Assembly: GCA_963735805.1 (NCBI GenBank)
Contig: CAVTMK010000002.1
Location: 1,024,001 to 1,088,000, forward strand
Length of the DNA stretch: 64,000 nucleotides
Origin: an uncultured Verrucomicrobiae bacterium
GTDB lineage: Bacteria; Verrucomicrobiota; Verrucomicrobiia; Chthoniobacterales; UBA10450
Direction: 5' to 3'
Shown here: positions 29,592 through 38,620 of the stretch, piece after piece
Position numbering within the stretch: the first letter of the stretch is position 1
How the letters are laid out: the number at the start of each line of letters is the position of its first letter
Notes under the pieces: generated by a model
Seen by the model: the letters and a program-made list of their open reading frames with translations, nothing else
What the model was told of the DNA's origin: nothing
The model's database searches: none
Program-made: the position numbers and the translations under genes

Positions 29592-30269
29592 CTACCGCGT
29601 CGCCGATTGCGCCGAATCGGTGTTGACAGGTCGTTCATCGCGTTCAGAGCTGCTTTTACTCCCCTTAACATCGGTGGCTGTTTTCGAGTTCGGCTTACCC
29701 GGTTCGTAATCCTGGAGCCAGGTGCTCCATTGCATGTTTTCTCTCCATGCGGTAATCCCGGAATGCCCGTAATGCTGTTCCACTTCGTATTCGTCGTCTT
29801 TTTTGACTTTGCACCAGAATAGTCTGCCGGCTCTGCGCCAGCCATCGAGAATGACTCCATCTTCGAAAGGCTGATTACGCGCGGTCACTACCAGACAATT
29901 GTTCTCGCTTGAGGTGTGGTCATAGGCCACACCCCAATGAAGCACCAGCGTCTTGGGCTTGAGTTCTTTCAAACGCGTTCCGATATCCTGTGCCCAATGG
30001 CCGCACCAGCCACGCTTTCGAGCGCCGACGTTGACCAGAAAGGCTTGAAACTCTGGATTTAGGACGACGTGATAATCGCGTGCGAGCTTGCGCGCCGTCG
30101 TGTGAGCCGTCAGCGATATTTGCTCGGCTTCGGCAGGATCAACGTCAGCTGAAAGCCCGGCCAGCGCCTTGCTCAAGTCCTTAATGGATCTCTCGTCTCC
30201 AGCCCAGGCCGGATGGATCAGAACGGGAAGCATAACACCCCAAAAAATGCTGCGTATCATTGTTTTCAT
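29592..30269 (-). CDS. Secreted hypothetical protein
   Basis: Signal peptide; RGWCGHWAQD and ILDGWR motifs. Confidence 0.7.
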   Translation of the reverse strand: MKTMIRSIFWGVMLPVLIHPAWAGDERSIKDLSKALAGLSADVDPAEAEQISLTAHTTARKLARDYHVVLNPEFQAFLVNVGARKRGWCGHWAQDIGTRLKELKPKTLVLHWGVAYDHTSSENNCLVVTARNQPFEDGVILDGWRRAGRLFWCKVKKDDEYEVEQHYGHSGITAWRENMQWSTWLQDYEPGKPNSKTATDVKGSKSSSERDERPVNTDSAQSATR

Positions 30270-30524
30270 TCGCTGGTCAGGGTTTTCGCATCTCTCGAGG
30301 GGAATTGCAACGATAACCGCCTGCTGGAAGCCTGCATCTCGGGACGAGGTCGAATCGGTTTCTCACTTTTTCTACGATATTGGAGAGCTCAAGGTATCAG
30401 ACTATGGATAGGAGGTTTTCGGCCACAGCGAATCAGCCTCGGTCATGCCAGGCGCGTGAATTAACATTCAAGCAAAGAAAAGCTCGCACGAAGTCCTTAT
30501 GCGGCACATCGTAACGCTTCAGAT

Positions 30525-30926
30525 ATGAAAATCCGGCGTCTTTATTTATTCGTTCCACTGGTTTGCGCTTTCACAATCGTCCAATCGGTGACGGCTCAAG
30601 AATCAAAGGCTGTCAAACCGAAGCAGTTTATTTATGTATTGCGGCTGGTGCCAAGGCTGCATTCGGATTCAGCTTGGACAAAAGAAGATAACGCCATAAT
30701 CAAACGGCATTTCGTTCGGTTTCAGGAGGCCTCCAAGGCTGGTCAATTAATTCTTGCGGGAAGAACATCAGAACCGGGCGACAAGACATTTGGCATCGCC
30801 GTTTTTGAGGCGCCCAACGAAGAGGCAGCGAGAAAGTTCATGCAAGAGGATCCGGTCGTCGCAGGTGGATTGATGACGGCGGAGCTTCACCCATTTGCCG
30901 TCGCCCTCGAACGCAAGAATCCATAG
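30525..30926 (+). CDS. YciI family protein with signal peptide
   Basis: H...AGRT...GIAVFEA...DP...AELHPF. Confidence 0.8.
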   Translation: MKIRRLYLFVPLVCAFTIVQSVTAQESKAVKPKQFIYVLRLVPRLHSDSAWTKEDNAIIKRHFVRFQEASKAGQLILAGRTSEPGDKTFGIAVFEAPNEEAARKFMQEDPVVAGGLMTAELHPFAVALERKNP

Positions 30927-30945
30927 GGAGACAATCGAGAGAGGC

Positions 30946-32223
30946 CTATTGGTGCTGAGCCAGAATCCTGGTGAAGCGCCACACCTCGTGAAAGGTATTG
31001 TAAATTGGAGTTGGTGCGACGCGGATTACGTTCGGTTCGCGAAAATCACATTTCACGCCCGCGGCTTCGAGTTCCTTCAATAATTGTTTCGGATGCTCGT
31101 GCGCCAGAATCGACAACTGACAGCCGCGCTCATTGGGATCGCGCGGTGTGATGACTGTAAATTTCTTAGATCCAATTTCTGCTAATAGAAACTCGAGATA
31201 GCCGGTAAGCATGACCGACTTTGCGCGTAGCTCCCGCATTCCACCCGCCTCATCGAAGATCGCGAGGGATGCGCGCAATGGCGCCATTGAAAAAATCGGT
31301 GGATTGCTGATCTGCCAGCCGTCGGCGGACGCAACGGGGATAAATTCCGGTTCCAAATGCAATCGGAACCGTGTAGTCGGATCGTTGCCAAACCAGCCAG
31401 CAAGTCGCGGCAACTTCGTGTTGGTCGCGTGTCGTTCGTGCACGTACGCCCCTGCAATTGCCCCAGGGCCGGCGTTGAGATATTTATACGAACACCAGAC
31501 CGCGAAATCGACATTCCAATCGTGCAACGTCAGCGACACGTTCCCGGCAGCATGGGCAAGATCGAACCCAACGATGATATCCCGCTTCTGCGCTGCAGCC
31601 GTGATTTTTCCGATGTCGAACAATTGACCTGTGAAAAAGTTCACACCCGCAAACATCACTACCGCGAGTTGATCGGCGTGCGTCTCGATCAGGTCGAGGA
31701 TGTCTTCCGTTTGGATGGTGAACTCACCTTTGCGCGGTCGTGCGAGAATGAGTGTGTCTTTCGGATCGAGCTTGTGATGCGCGATCTGCGTTTTAATCGC
31801 ATAGGTGTCGGAAGGAAACGCCGGCTCTTCCATCAGGATCTTGAATCGCGATTTGGTCGGCCGATAAAACGTTGCCATCATGAGATGGAGGTTCACCGTG
31901 AGGCTGTTCATGCAAATCACCTCTGGGGACTGCGCGCCAACAACCCGTGCGGTCGGGTCGCGCAACGCTTCGTGATAGGTGTACCACGGCGTCCCGGCCG
32001 CGTGATGCGCGTCAACCCCCGACTTCGCCCAGTTATCTAACTCTTCTTCGACATTCGCCCGCGCCGTTTTCGGCATCAAACCTAACGAATTGCCGGCAAA
32101 ATAAATCAGCGGTTTGCCATCTTTTCCCAGCGGAAGATGAAATTTGTCCCGGAAAGCGCGAAGCGGATCCTCGGAATCGAGTTGTTTTGCGAAACTTTCG
32201 CCGGTGGAAAACGTCATTGACAT
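30946..32223 (-). CDS. kynU: Kynureninase
   Basis: YFAGNSLGL, MNSLTVNLHL, FPSDTY, DLAHAAGN, WCSYKYLNAGPG. Confidence 0.96.
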   Translation of the reverse strand: MSMTFSTGESFAKQLDSEDPLRAFRDKFHLPLGKDGKPLIYFAGNSLGLMPKTARANVEEELDNWAKSGVDAHHAAGTPWYTYHEALRDPTARVVGAQSPEVICMNSLTVNLHLMMATFYRPTKSRFKILMEEPAFPSDTYAIKTQIAHHKLDPKDTLILARPRKGEFTIQTEDILDLIETHADQLAVVMFAGVNFFTGQLFDIGKITAAAQKRDIIVGFDLAHAAGNVSLTLHDWNVDFAVWCSYKYLNAGPGAIAGAYVHERHATNTKLPRLAGWFGNDPTTRFRLHLEPEFIPVASADGWQISNPPIFSMAPLRASLAIFDEAGGMRELRAKSVMLTGYLEFLLAEIGSKKFTVITPRDPNERGCQLSILAHEHPKQLLKELEAAGVKCDFREPNVIRVAPTPIYNTFHEVWRFTRILAQHQ

Positions 32224-32308
32224 ACTGAAGCACGCAACGTCCAACGTCCAACTCGCCTTCGCAAGGCCACGGTACGTCGGACCGTCGACATTCAACACTC
32301 AATCACGA

Positions 32309-32782
32309 TTATCTACTGCGTTTCGGCGCTTGCATAAATTCAATGGTTGTTCCGTCAGGATCGCGAACATATACGACCCGTTTTCCAGCGTTAGGACCGG
32401 ATTGAAGCGTTTGCGGTTTACCAGCAGCCTTCCAACCGGATGCATTGATCGCGCAGAGAATCGCGTCGAGATCATCGACAATGAGAGCGACGTGAAGGTG
32501 TCCGACGTCACATGGCCTGAGATCAACATGTTGTTTCCGGTCTGATGGGGCACAGTATTCAAGCAGTTCGATCTTGTGACCGCCGGGCGTTTTCACAACC
32601 GCGAGTCTAAGCTCGGCACCTTCGACGCCGGTGATTTCACTGGCCATTTTGCCGGTCTGATGGGCAGTATGCGAAAGCTCGAAGCCGAGCACATCGCGCC
32701 AGAACGCGAGTGAGCGCTCGAGATTCGAGACGGTAATGCCTGTATGGTCAGCGGAGATGATGCGAAATTTGTTCGTGCTCAT
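32309..32782 (-). CDS. VOC/glyoxalase family protein
   Basis: HTGITVSNLERSLAFW, IELLEY, HVAL, RDPDGTTIEF. Confidence 0.88.
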   Translation of the reverse strand: MSTNKFRIISADHTGITVSNLERSLAFWRDVLGFELSHTAHQTGKMASEITGVEGAELRLAVVKTPGGHKIELLEYCAPSDRKQHVDLRPCDVGHLHVALIVDDLDAILCAINASGWKAAGKPQTLQSGPNAGKRVVYVRDPDGTTIEFMQAPKRSR

Positions 32783-32858
32783 TCTAGTGTTCCTACTGAC
32801 ATTGAGAAAATTCGACGCGAGGTGCGCCTCGCACGACACGGTGCGTGTGGTTTCCAGA

Positions 32859-33284
32859 TTACTGCAATGCGGCGATCACTTTAAGTTCGATCGCAATCGG
32901 GGTGGGCAATGCGCCAACCTCGATCGTTGTACGCGTCGGATTTGGTTTGCCCTCACCAGAAAAATATTGGGCGTAAAGCTTATTGTAGATCGGGAAATCT
33001 TTTTTCATGTTTGTCAGGAACACGGTCACATCCACAATGTCGTTCCACCTCGCGCCAGCGTCCTCCAACACCAACCGCACATTTTCAAACACCACGCGAC
33101 ATTGCGTTTCGATATCGTAACTGACGACGTGCCCGGCTGAATCGCGCGTTACACCGGGGATTTCCTTGCTGGCACGTTTGCGTGGACCGATCCCAGACAG
33201 AAACAACAGGTTGCCGACGCGTTTTGCATGGGGGAAGGCGCCCACCGGTTCCGGGGCGCGTGTACTTTCAAATATTTCGCTCAT
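32859..33284 (-). CDS. RidA family protein, probable 2-aminomuconate deaminase
   Basis: APEPVGAFPHA, LSGIGPR, PTRTTIEV, PTPIAIELK; context of the 3-HAA pathway. Confidence 0.85.
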   Translation of the reverse strand: MSEIFESTRAPEPVGAFPHAKRVGNLLFLSGIGPRKRASKEIPGVTRDSAGHVVSYDIETQCRVVFENVRLVLEDAGARWNDIVDVTVFLTNMKKDFPIYNKLYAQYFSGEGKPNPTRTTIEVGALPTPIAIELKVIAALQ

Positions 33285-33350
33285 TTATTGGAACCGCAGA
33301 TTATACGGATAAACCGTTCGGATCACGAGACGAGATGACGCGGCCGTTTC

Positions 33351-33653
33351 TCAATTATGATTATGATCAGTCTCGATGGCTTGCGCATAACCGAAGCGTT
33401 TCGCCGATCGCGCGCGTGCTTTCGTTGCTTCGACTAAACGATCGCGTGGCGGCAGGGTGGTCACAAGAGAGTCGAGCAAATGTTGCGCTGCGTGAGCAAC
33501 ATCATCGACAGCACGATCGAAAGCTGCCTCGTTGGCCTTGGAAGGTCTCGTGAAACCGCTCAGCTTCCGGACGAACTGAAGCGACGAAGCGCGAATTTCA
33601 TCCGCACTGGCCGGTGGACTGAAGTTATGAAGGGTCTTGATGGCTCGGCACAT
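33351..33653 (-). CDS. DUF2277 family protein
   Basis: MCRAIKTLHNF.PPA...EIRASSLQFVRKLSG. Confidence 0.8.
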   Translation of the reverse strand: MCRAIKTLHNFSPPASADEIRASSLQFVRKLSGFTRPSKANEAAFDRAVDDVAHAAQHLLDSLVTTLPPRDRLVEATKARARSAKRFGYAQAIETDHNHN

Positions 33654-33781
33654 GTCGGAATAATCAACAATTTTCGATTAACGATCAACTACTTCGGGTC
33701 TCGCGGTCGGGCGTTGCCTTCCGCGACGGTGGCAGGTCCGGGCGCCCGTGCCACTCAGGATCGATTCTCATCGAGAATAAC

Positions 33782-35239
33782 CTATTTCGCGATGCAGACG
33801 TTTTTGGGCTCGGTAAAGAAACGCAACGCTTCTTCGCCTCCTTCACGGCCGACGCCGCTTTGTTTCATTCCGCCAAAGGGTACGCGCAGGTCGCGTAAAA
33901 GCCAGCAATTCACCCAGACCGTGCCGGTGTTGATTCGCTCTGCAACCCGATGAGCCCGGCTAAGGTTTTGGGTCCAGACGCTCGAAGCCAGGCCATAGTC
34001 GCAATCGTTTGCATGTCCGATCACCTCCTCTTCATTATCGAACGGCGTGATCGTGACGACCGGACCGAAGATTTCTTCGCGATTTGTTCGGCATGAGACC
34101 GGCAAGCCAGTGATGACTGTCGGCTGGAAAAAATAGCCATCACGGCAACGCTCGTTCATCGACTCTGGCGTTTTACCCCCAAGCGCGATCTTGCCGCCTT
34201 CTTTCTGGGCCAAATCGACGTAGAACCTAATTTTCTCGAGTTGTGCCTTGCTTGCGATCGCGCCTTGGTCGGTTTTCTCGTCCAGTGGATCGCCCATTCT
34301 CAGTTCCGCCGCTTTCTCAATGAAGCGATCGATGAAATCCTTGTAAGCGGAACGCTCGACGAAAACACGCGATCCGCACAGGCAAACCTGCCCCTGGTTT
34401 GCGAATGAAGAACGCACGCTGCCAGTTATGGCAGCGTCGAGATCGGCATCGGCAAAAATGATGTTCGGGTTCTTGCCACCGAGTTCCAGCGACACCTTCT
34501 TGAATAATGGCGCGCAAGCTTCTGCCACTTTACGGCCCGTCACTGTGCCGCCGGTGAATGAGATTGTGTTGATCTTCGGATGCGCGGAGATCGCAGCACC
34601 GACATTTGGTCCGGTACCATGCACGATGTTGAGGACGCCACTCGGCAATCCGGCTTCGCGTGCGATCTCGCAAAGCATGTAAGCCGTCATTGGTGTGAGC
34701 TCGCTTGGCTTTGCAATGGCTGTGTTACCGACGGCGATGGCCGGAGCGATTTTCCAGCTCAACAAATAAAGCGGGAGGTTCCACGGCGATATTAATCCGG
34801 CGATGCCACGCGGTTGTCGCAGTGTGTAGTTGAACGCGACGTTGTCCGTAATGTGCGCTTCGGATTCCGTGTGCAGGATCGCCGTCGCAAAAAAGCGAAA
34901 ATTGCTTGCAGCACGCGGAATATCGAGGGTGCGCGCGAGCGAGAGCGGCTTGCCCGTGTCGATCGATTCGGCGCGCGAGAGTTTCTCGAGGTCGCGTTCA
35001 ATCAGGTCCGCGATACGGAGGAGAAATTTCGATCGCTCCGGAGCGGATTTTTTAGACCAAGCAACAAACGCCTTCTCCGCGGCAGCGACGGCGGCTTCTA
35101 CATCGCGGCTATCGCTGTCCGCGACTTGCGAATACGGTTTGCCGGTCGCCGGCTCGATGTTGTCGAGGTATTTTCCGCCGATTGGCTCAACGAACTGGCC
35201 GTCGATAAAGTTTTGGATCTGCGATGATTCAGTTCGCAC
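33782..35239 (-). CDS. Aldehyde dehydrogenase, probable 2-aminomuconate-6-semialdehyde dehydrogenase
   Basis: ISPWNLPLYLLSWK, LELGGKNP, NQGQVCLCGSR, EEIFGPV; pathway context. Confidence 0.9.
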   Translation of the reverse strand: MRTESSQIQNFIDGQFVEPIGGKYLDNIEPATGKPYSQVADSDSRDVEAAVAAAEKAFVAWSKKSAPERSKFLLRIADLIERDLEKLSRAESIDTGKPLSLARTLDIPRAASNFRFFATAILHTESEAHITDNVAFNYTLRQPRGIAGLISPWNLPLYLLSWKIAPAIAVGNTAIAKPSELTPMTAYMLCEIAREAGLPSGVLNIVHGTGPNVGAAISAHPKINTISFTGGTVTGRKVAEACAPLFKKVSLELGGKNPNIIFADADLDAAITGSVRSSFANQGQVCLCGSRVFVERSAYKDFIDRFIEKAAELRMGDPLDEKTDQGAIASKAQLEKIRFYVDLAQKEGGKIALGGKTPESMNERCRDGYFFQPTVITGLPVSCRTNREEIFGPVVTITPFDNEEEVIGHANDCDYGLASSVWTQNLSRAHRVAERINTGTVWVNCWLLRDLRVPFGGMKQSGVGREGGEEALRFFTEPKNVCIAK

Positions 35240-35244
35240 GCAAG

Positions 35245-35273
35245 AGTTTAAATGCTCAACCCGCCTTCGCCAA
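35245..35273 (-). promoter_or_regulatory. Sigma70-type promoter of the aldehyde dehydrogenase gene
   Basis: Minus strand TTGGCG-17 nt-TAAACT, 5 nt before the GTG start. Confidence 0.5.
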
Positions 35274-35420
35274 CCAGCCTTTACTACGCAGTTGCGCGGC
35301 TATTGCGTGTAGGCAGGCTCGCCTCCATTGCTGGTGATGACCATTAGTGAGCGGCCTTCTTTATATGTACAGCCCAGCGAACGGCCGCCCAGTGAGTGAG
35401 GCAGCAACGTTACACCCCTG

Positions 35421-35720
35421 TCATGATTCTTGCTGACGACCGGTGTGAGTTTCTCGGCCCCTGCGAATTGACGCGCCATTACTGAGTTTGTTACCGGGCA
35501 AATTTGGGCCAATACTCAGTGGGAAAGTAGGCGTCTGTTTCTTTTGCTCAACGTATTCGCAAAATGCCTTGAGGCATTCGTTTGCAATCTTGGGCAACGC
35601 AACGCCATAGACTTGATCGATTCCATCGATCCTGATCTTTAATTCTTTTGGAATTCGAATCGTCAGGCGGGCATCCTTCTTCGTTTCGGCGAGTTTTTGG
35701 AGGGGCACAATCTTCTTCAT
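35421..35720 (-). CDS. Small ribbon-helix-helix-like DNA-binding protein
   Basis: ARLTIRIPKELKIRID strand-helix pattern. Confidence 0.6.
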   Translation of the reverse strand: MKKIVPLQKLAETKKDARLTIRIPKELKIRIDGIDQVYGVALPKIANECLKAFCEYVEQKKQTPTFPLSIGPNLPGNKLSNGASIRRGRETHTGRQQES

Positions 35721-35929
35721 ACTAATATCTACGGAAACTCGGGGTCAAAGTTGCGTCATTTTTTGCAGAAATTGAAAAAATTTCCCGAAAACCCAGACGC
35801 GCCCATCTCGCCCTGATTCGGGATTAAAGCAAAAAAACACGATTAACCGCCGTTGACAATGTTGTCGGCATATGCGGACATAGGCGTCAATCGAAGCATA
35901 TTCTAACGAATTCGAGCGCTGCGAGAAAC

Positions 35930-38083
35930 ATGTGTAAATTTCAGACTCTCGGCAAAACCGCCATCGTTATTCTGATCTGGAGCAGCTTTCCCGCACTTGC
36001 AACGGTTTATAATTCCGATGGCTCATCGACAAATGTACAGTACGTTCACGACAACCTAGCCGGGATCGGCGACACGATTGCTATTCCGGCTGGAACGTTC
36101 ACATGGACGACCGGAGTGGCGATCACGAAAACGATCACTTTACAGGGCGCCGGCATCGGCCAGACATTCATCAGGGATGGTGTACAGGGTAATCGGCTGA
36201 TTCAAGTTACGCTCTCTGCTGGCGGTCTTACTCGGCTTACTGGAGTCGAATTTCTAGACGGCGGAAGAACGTCAACAACAGGCGGTCACGGCGGAATTAT
36301 TCACGTTGACGGAAACAACACCAACGGCAGCCAGTTCCGGATGGATAATTGTAAGACGACCGACCTCAATGGGTATCTGGTCTTTGATACTGTCATTGGC
36401 GTTCTTGATCACAACTACCTCAAATGCGGTGCTCTAAACAAAGCAAATGGTTCGCTCATCATTTACGGATCAAACTGGAATGGCGCGACAGTTGGCGACG
36501 GCAGCTGGGCTGCTCCCGCGAACTACGGTTTATCCCAGTTTTTGTTTGTAGAGGACAACACGTTTGAAGGGAATCATACCGGAGTCGGAGGCGTGACTGA
36601 TGCGTATGCTGGTGCGCGATTTGTAATTCGTTACAACCGCATGATTGGAATGATAACGTTCAATCACGGAACCGAATCGACTGGACGCGAGCGCGGGTGC
36701 AGGGCGATGGATATTTACTCGAACGACATCGACGGGCTTGGCATCAATCGTTTCGCCGCCTCAACTCGGAGCGGAGGAACCCTGTTTCACGACAACACGC
36801 TCCACAACTTTTGGGGAACTTCCGTCACGATCAACGGTTCGTGCTATCGGATGATAGATACATTTTCTGTGTGGGGAGGCGCGGATGGAACAAACGGATG
36901 GGATAAAAATAACCTAGGCAGTCCATTCTTCTCTGGCTCCGCGAGCGCAGTCGGAAATCATACCGTAACGGTATCGGGCAATCCGTGGACAACGAATCAT
37001 TGGTCGGGATACACCGTCAAGAAAACTTCAGGGACGATGGGAACGGTTAATTTTGCCTATATCAACAGCAACACGAGCAACACCATCACGTTCGCCGGCG
37101 GATTATTTAACAACGTCACCTTTCAGGTTGGGGACGGTTTCGCAATCAATAAAGTCGATCAAGCGTTGGATCAGCCAGGTGTAGGACAGAGCACTTTAAT
37201 TTCTGGACAGAACCCAACGCCACCGCCGAACTGGTCGCAAGCTATCGAGCCGATCTATCTTTGGGGCAACACCGAGGACGGTCAGCCGATAATTCAGGCA
37301 AACACGTTCACACCGGATGAAAAGAACATTCAACAGAGCGTCAATTACTTTGACAATACGCCAATGCCTGGATACACGCCTTACACTTATCCGCATCCGC
37401 TGACGTTAGCCGCAAGTCCAACTCCTACACCTACGCTAACACCTAGCCCAACCGTCACCCCTACGATCACGCCAAGCCCAAGCCCGACAGCAAGTGCAAC
37501 GCCCTCAGCAACGGCTACAGCCACAGCAACGGCAACCGAAACCCCGACAGTAACGCCTACAATTCCACCTCCTCCGACAGTCACTCCTTCGGCGACGGCA
37601 ACGGCAACTCCGACAGAAACACCTACTTCAACTCCAACAGCCACAGCTATTTCATCGCCTACTCCTACACCAACACCCGCACCAACCGCGTCAGCCACAC
37701 CCACGGCGACAGCGACAAATACGCCAACTGCCACCCCGACACCAGCGCCGACAGCAACAGAAACGCCCACGGCAACGCCAACGGCGATTCCAACAGCAAC
37801 ACCGACTGTGACTCCCACCGGCACGCCTACCCCAACGCCGGGCCAGATCACACTCAGCGCCCGTGGCTACAAAGTGCAGGGGCTACAAACGGTGGACCTC
37901 TCATGGGCCGGGGCGATTTCAAGCAGCATTGATGTCTACCGTAACGGCGTGTTGAGCGTAACTGTCCCTAACAACGGTTTCTATACGGATCATCCCAATG
38001 GCCGTGGCCATGCCACCTATATCTACAAAGTATGCGAAACGGGCGCAGGTAACTGCTCTAATCAAGTTACTGTGAATTTTTGA
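35930..38083 (+). CDS. Secreted parallel beta-helix (pectin-lyase-like) protein with Pro/Thr/Ala linker and C-terminal Fn3-like domain
   Basis: Signal peptide, IPAGTFTW, Asn/Gly-rich strands, long TP repeat, terminal [10 protein letters not shown]...VDLSW...CSNQVTVNF. Confidence 0.8.
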   Translation: MCKFQTLGKTAIVILIWSSFPALATVYNSDGSSTNVQYVHDNLAGIGDTIAIPAGTFTWTTGVAITKTITLQGAGIGQTFIRDGVQGNRLIQVTLSAGGLTRLTGVEFLDGGRTSTTGGHGGIIHVDGNNTNGSQFRMDNCKTTDLNGYLVFDTVIGVLDHNYLKCGALNKANGSLIIYGSNWNGATVGDGSWAAPANYGLSQFLFVEDNTFEGNHTGVGGVTDAYAGARFVIRYNRMIGMITFNHGTESTGRERGCRAMDIYSNDIDGLGINRFAASTRSGGTLFHDNTLHNFWGTSVTINGSCYRMIDTFSVWGGADGTNGWDKNNLGSPFFSGSASAVGNHTVTVSGNPWTTNHWSGYTVKKTSGTMGTVNFAYINSNTSNTITFAGGLFNNVTFQVGDGFAINKVDQALDQPGVGQSTLISGQNPTPPPNWSQAIEPIYLWGNTEDGQPIIQANTFTPDEKNIQQSVNYFDNTPMPGYTPYTYPHPLTLAASPTPTPTLTPSPTVTPTITPSPSPTASATPSATATATATATETPTVTPTIPPPPTVTPSATATATPTETPTSTPTATAISSPTPTPTPAPTASATPTATATNTPTATPTPAPTATETPTATPTAIPTATPTVTPTGTPTPTPGQITLSARGYKVQGLQTVDLSWAGAISSSIDVYRNGVLSVTVPNNGFYTDHPNGRGHATYIYKVCETGAGNCSNQVTVNF
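37415..37840 (+). repeat. Coding low-complexity Pro/Thr/Ala repeat
   Basis: Translates as TPTPT/ATAT arrays with degenerate codons. Confidence 0.85.
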
Positions 38084-38173
38084 AATTATTCGGCTCCCAC
38101 CGTGATTGAGAATCAAGGTACCTCGAGCGGGGAGGCCCAGCACCCATCGGGACGGGCATGTCCTTTGCCGCAC

Positions 38174-38297
38174 TTCAGCAAAGCCGGCTGGAGTTGGGGC
38201 TGTTTCAGCCGTGGGTCGTGATGGGAGAACAATCTGGATTGTTGATGCACATAGCGACGACGGAAAGCGTTTCGTAGCGCGTGCGGAGGAAAAGCTG
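38174..38297 (+). pseudogene. Frameshifted fragment of a small protein family recalled as multicopy in Chthoniobacterales
   Basis: SKAGWSWGC in one frame, then VSAVGRDGRTIWIVDAHSDDGKRFVARAEEKL in another; no intact start. Confidence 0.55.
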
Positions 38298-38398
38298 GCA
38301 ATACACTGTCAGACAATGCCAAAAACATTGAAAATCAGTGAACTTATTATGCGTAAATGCTATGCTTTTGGAGTTCAGTGTCCCATTTGCTGGGTCAC

Positions 38399-38486
38399 CG
38401 GTGAGGGAGGGATTCGAACCCTCGGTAGCCTTTTGGGCTACGGCGCTTTAGCAAAGCGCTGCTTTCGACCGCTCAGCCACCTCACC
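38399..38486 (-). tRNA. tRNA-Ser(GCT)
   Basis: Acceptor stem GGTGAGG/CCTCACC, anticodon arm GCGCT-TTGCTAA-AGCGC, long variable arm, GGTTCGAATCC T-loop; CCA not encoded. Confidence 0.97.
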
Positions 38487-38620
38487 AAAAACAGAGCGAG
38501 AATATCGCAGCCAATTTTGGATTTCCAATTCGTAATTTACATAGCCGCACCCGGTTTCGTCGTCTCCTGGCAATCCCATCGGAGTTGCCAATGAACGATT
38601 GCTCATTGAAATGATTGTGC

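Noticed and set aside
30270..30524. Possible gene remnant or ncRNA in this spacer
   Set aside because: No recognisable motif, convincing ORF or stable structure by eye.
35421..35720. RHH protein as the antitoxin of a toxin-antitoxin pair
   Set aside because: No adjacent toxin-like ORF.
37387..37851. Val/Gly/Ala-rich 154-aa ORF that looks like a membrane protein
   Set aside because: It is the reverse complement of the Pro/Thr linker.
38106..38594. 162-aa ORF as a real gene
   Set aside because: It runs antisense through tRNA-Ser; only a short internal part matches a pseudogene fragment.
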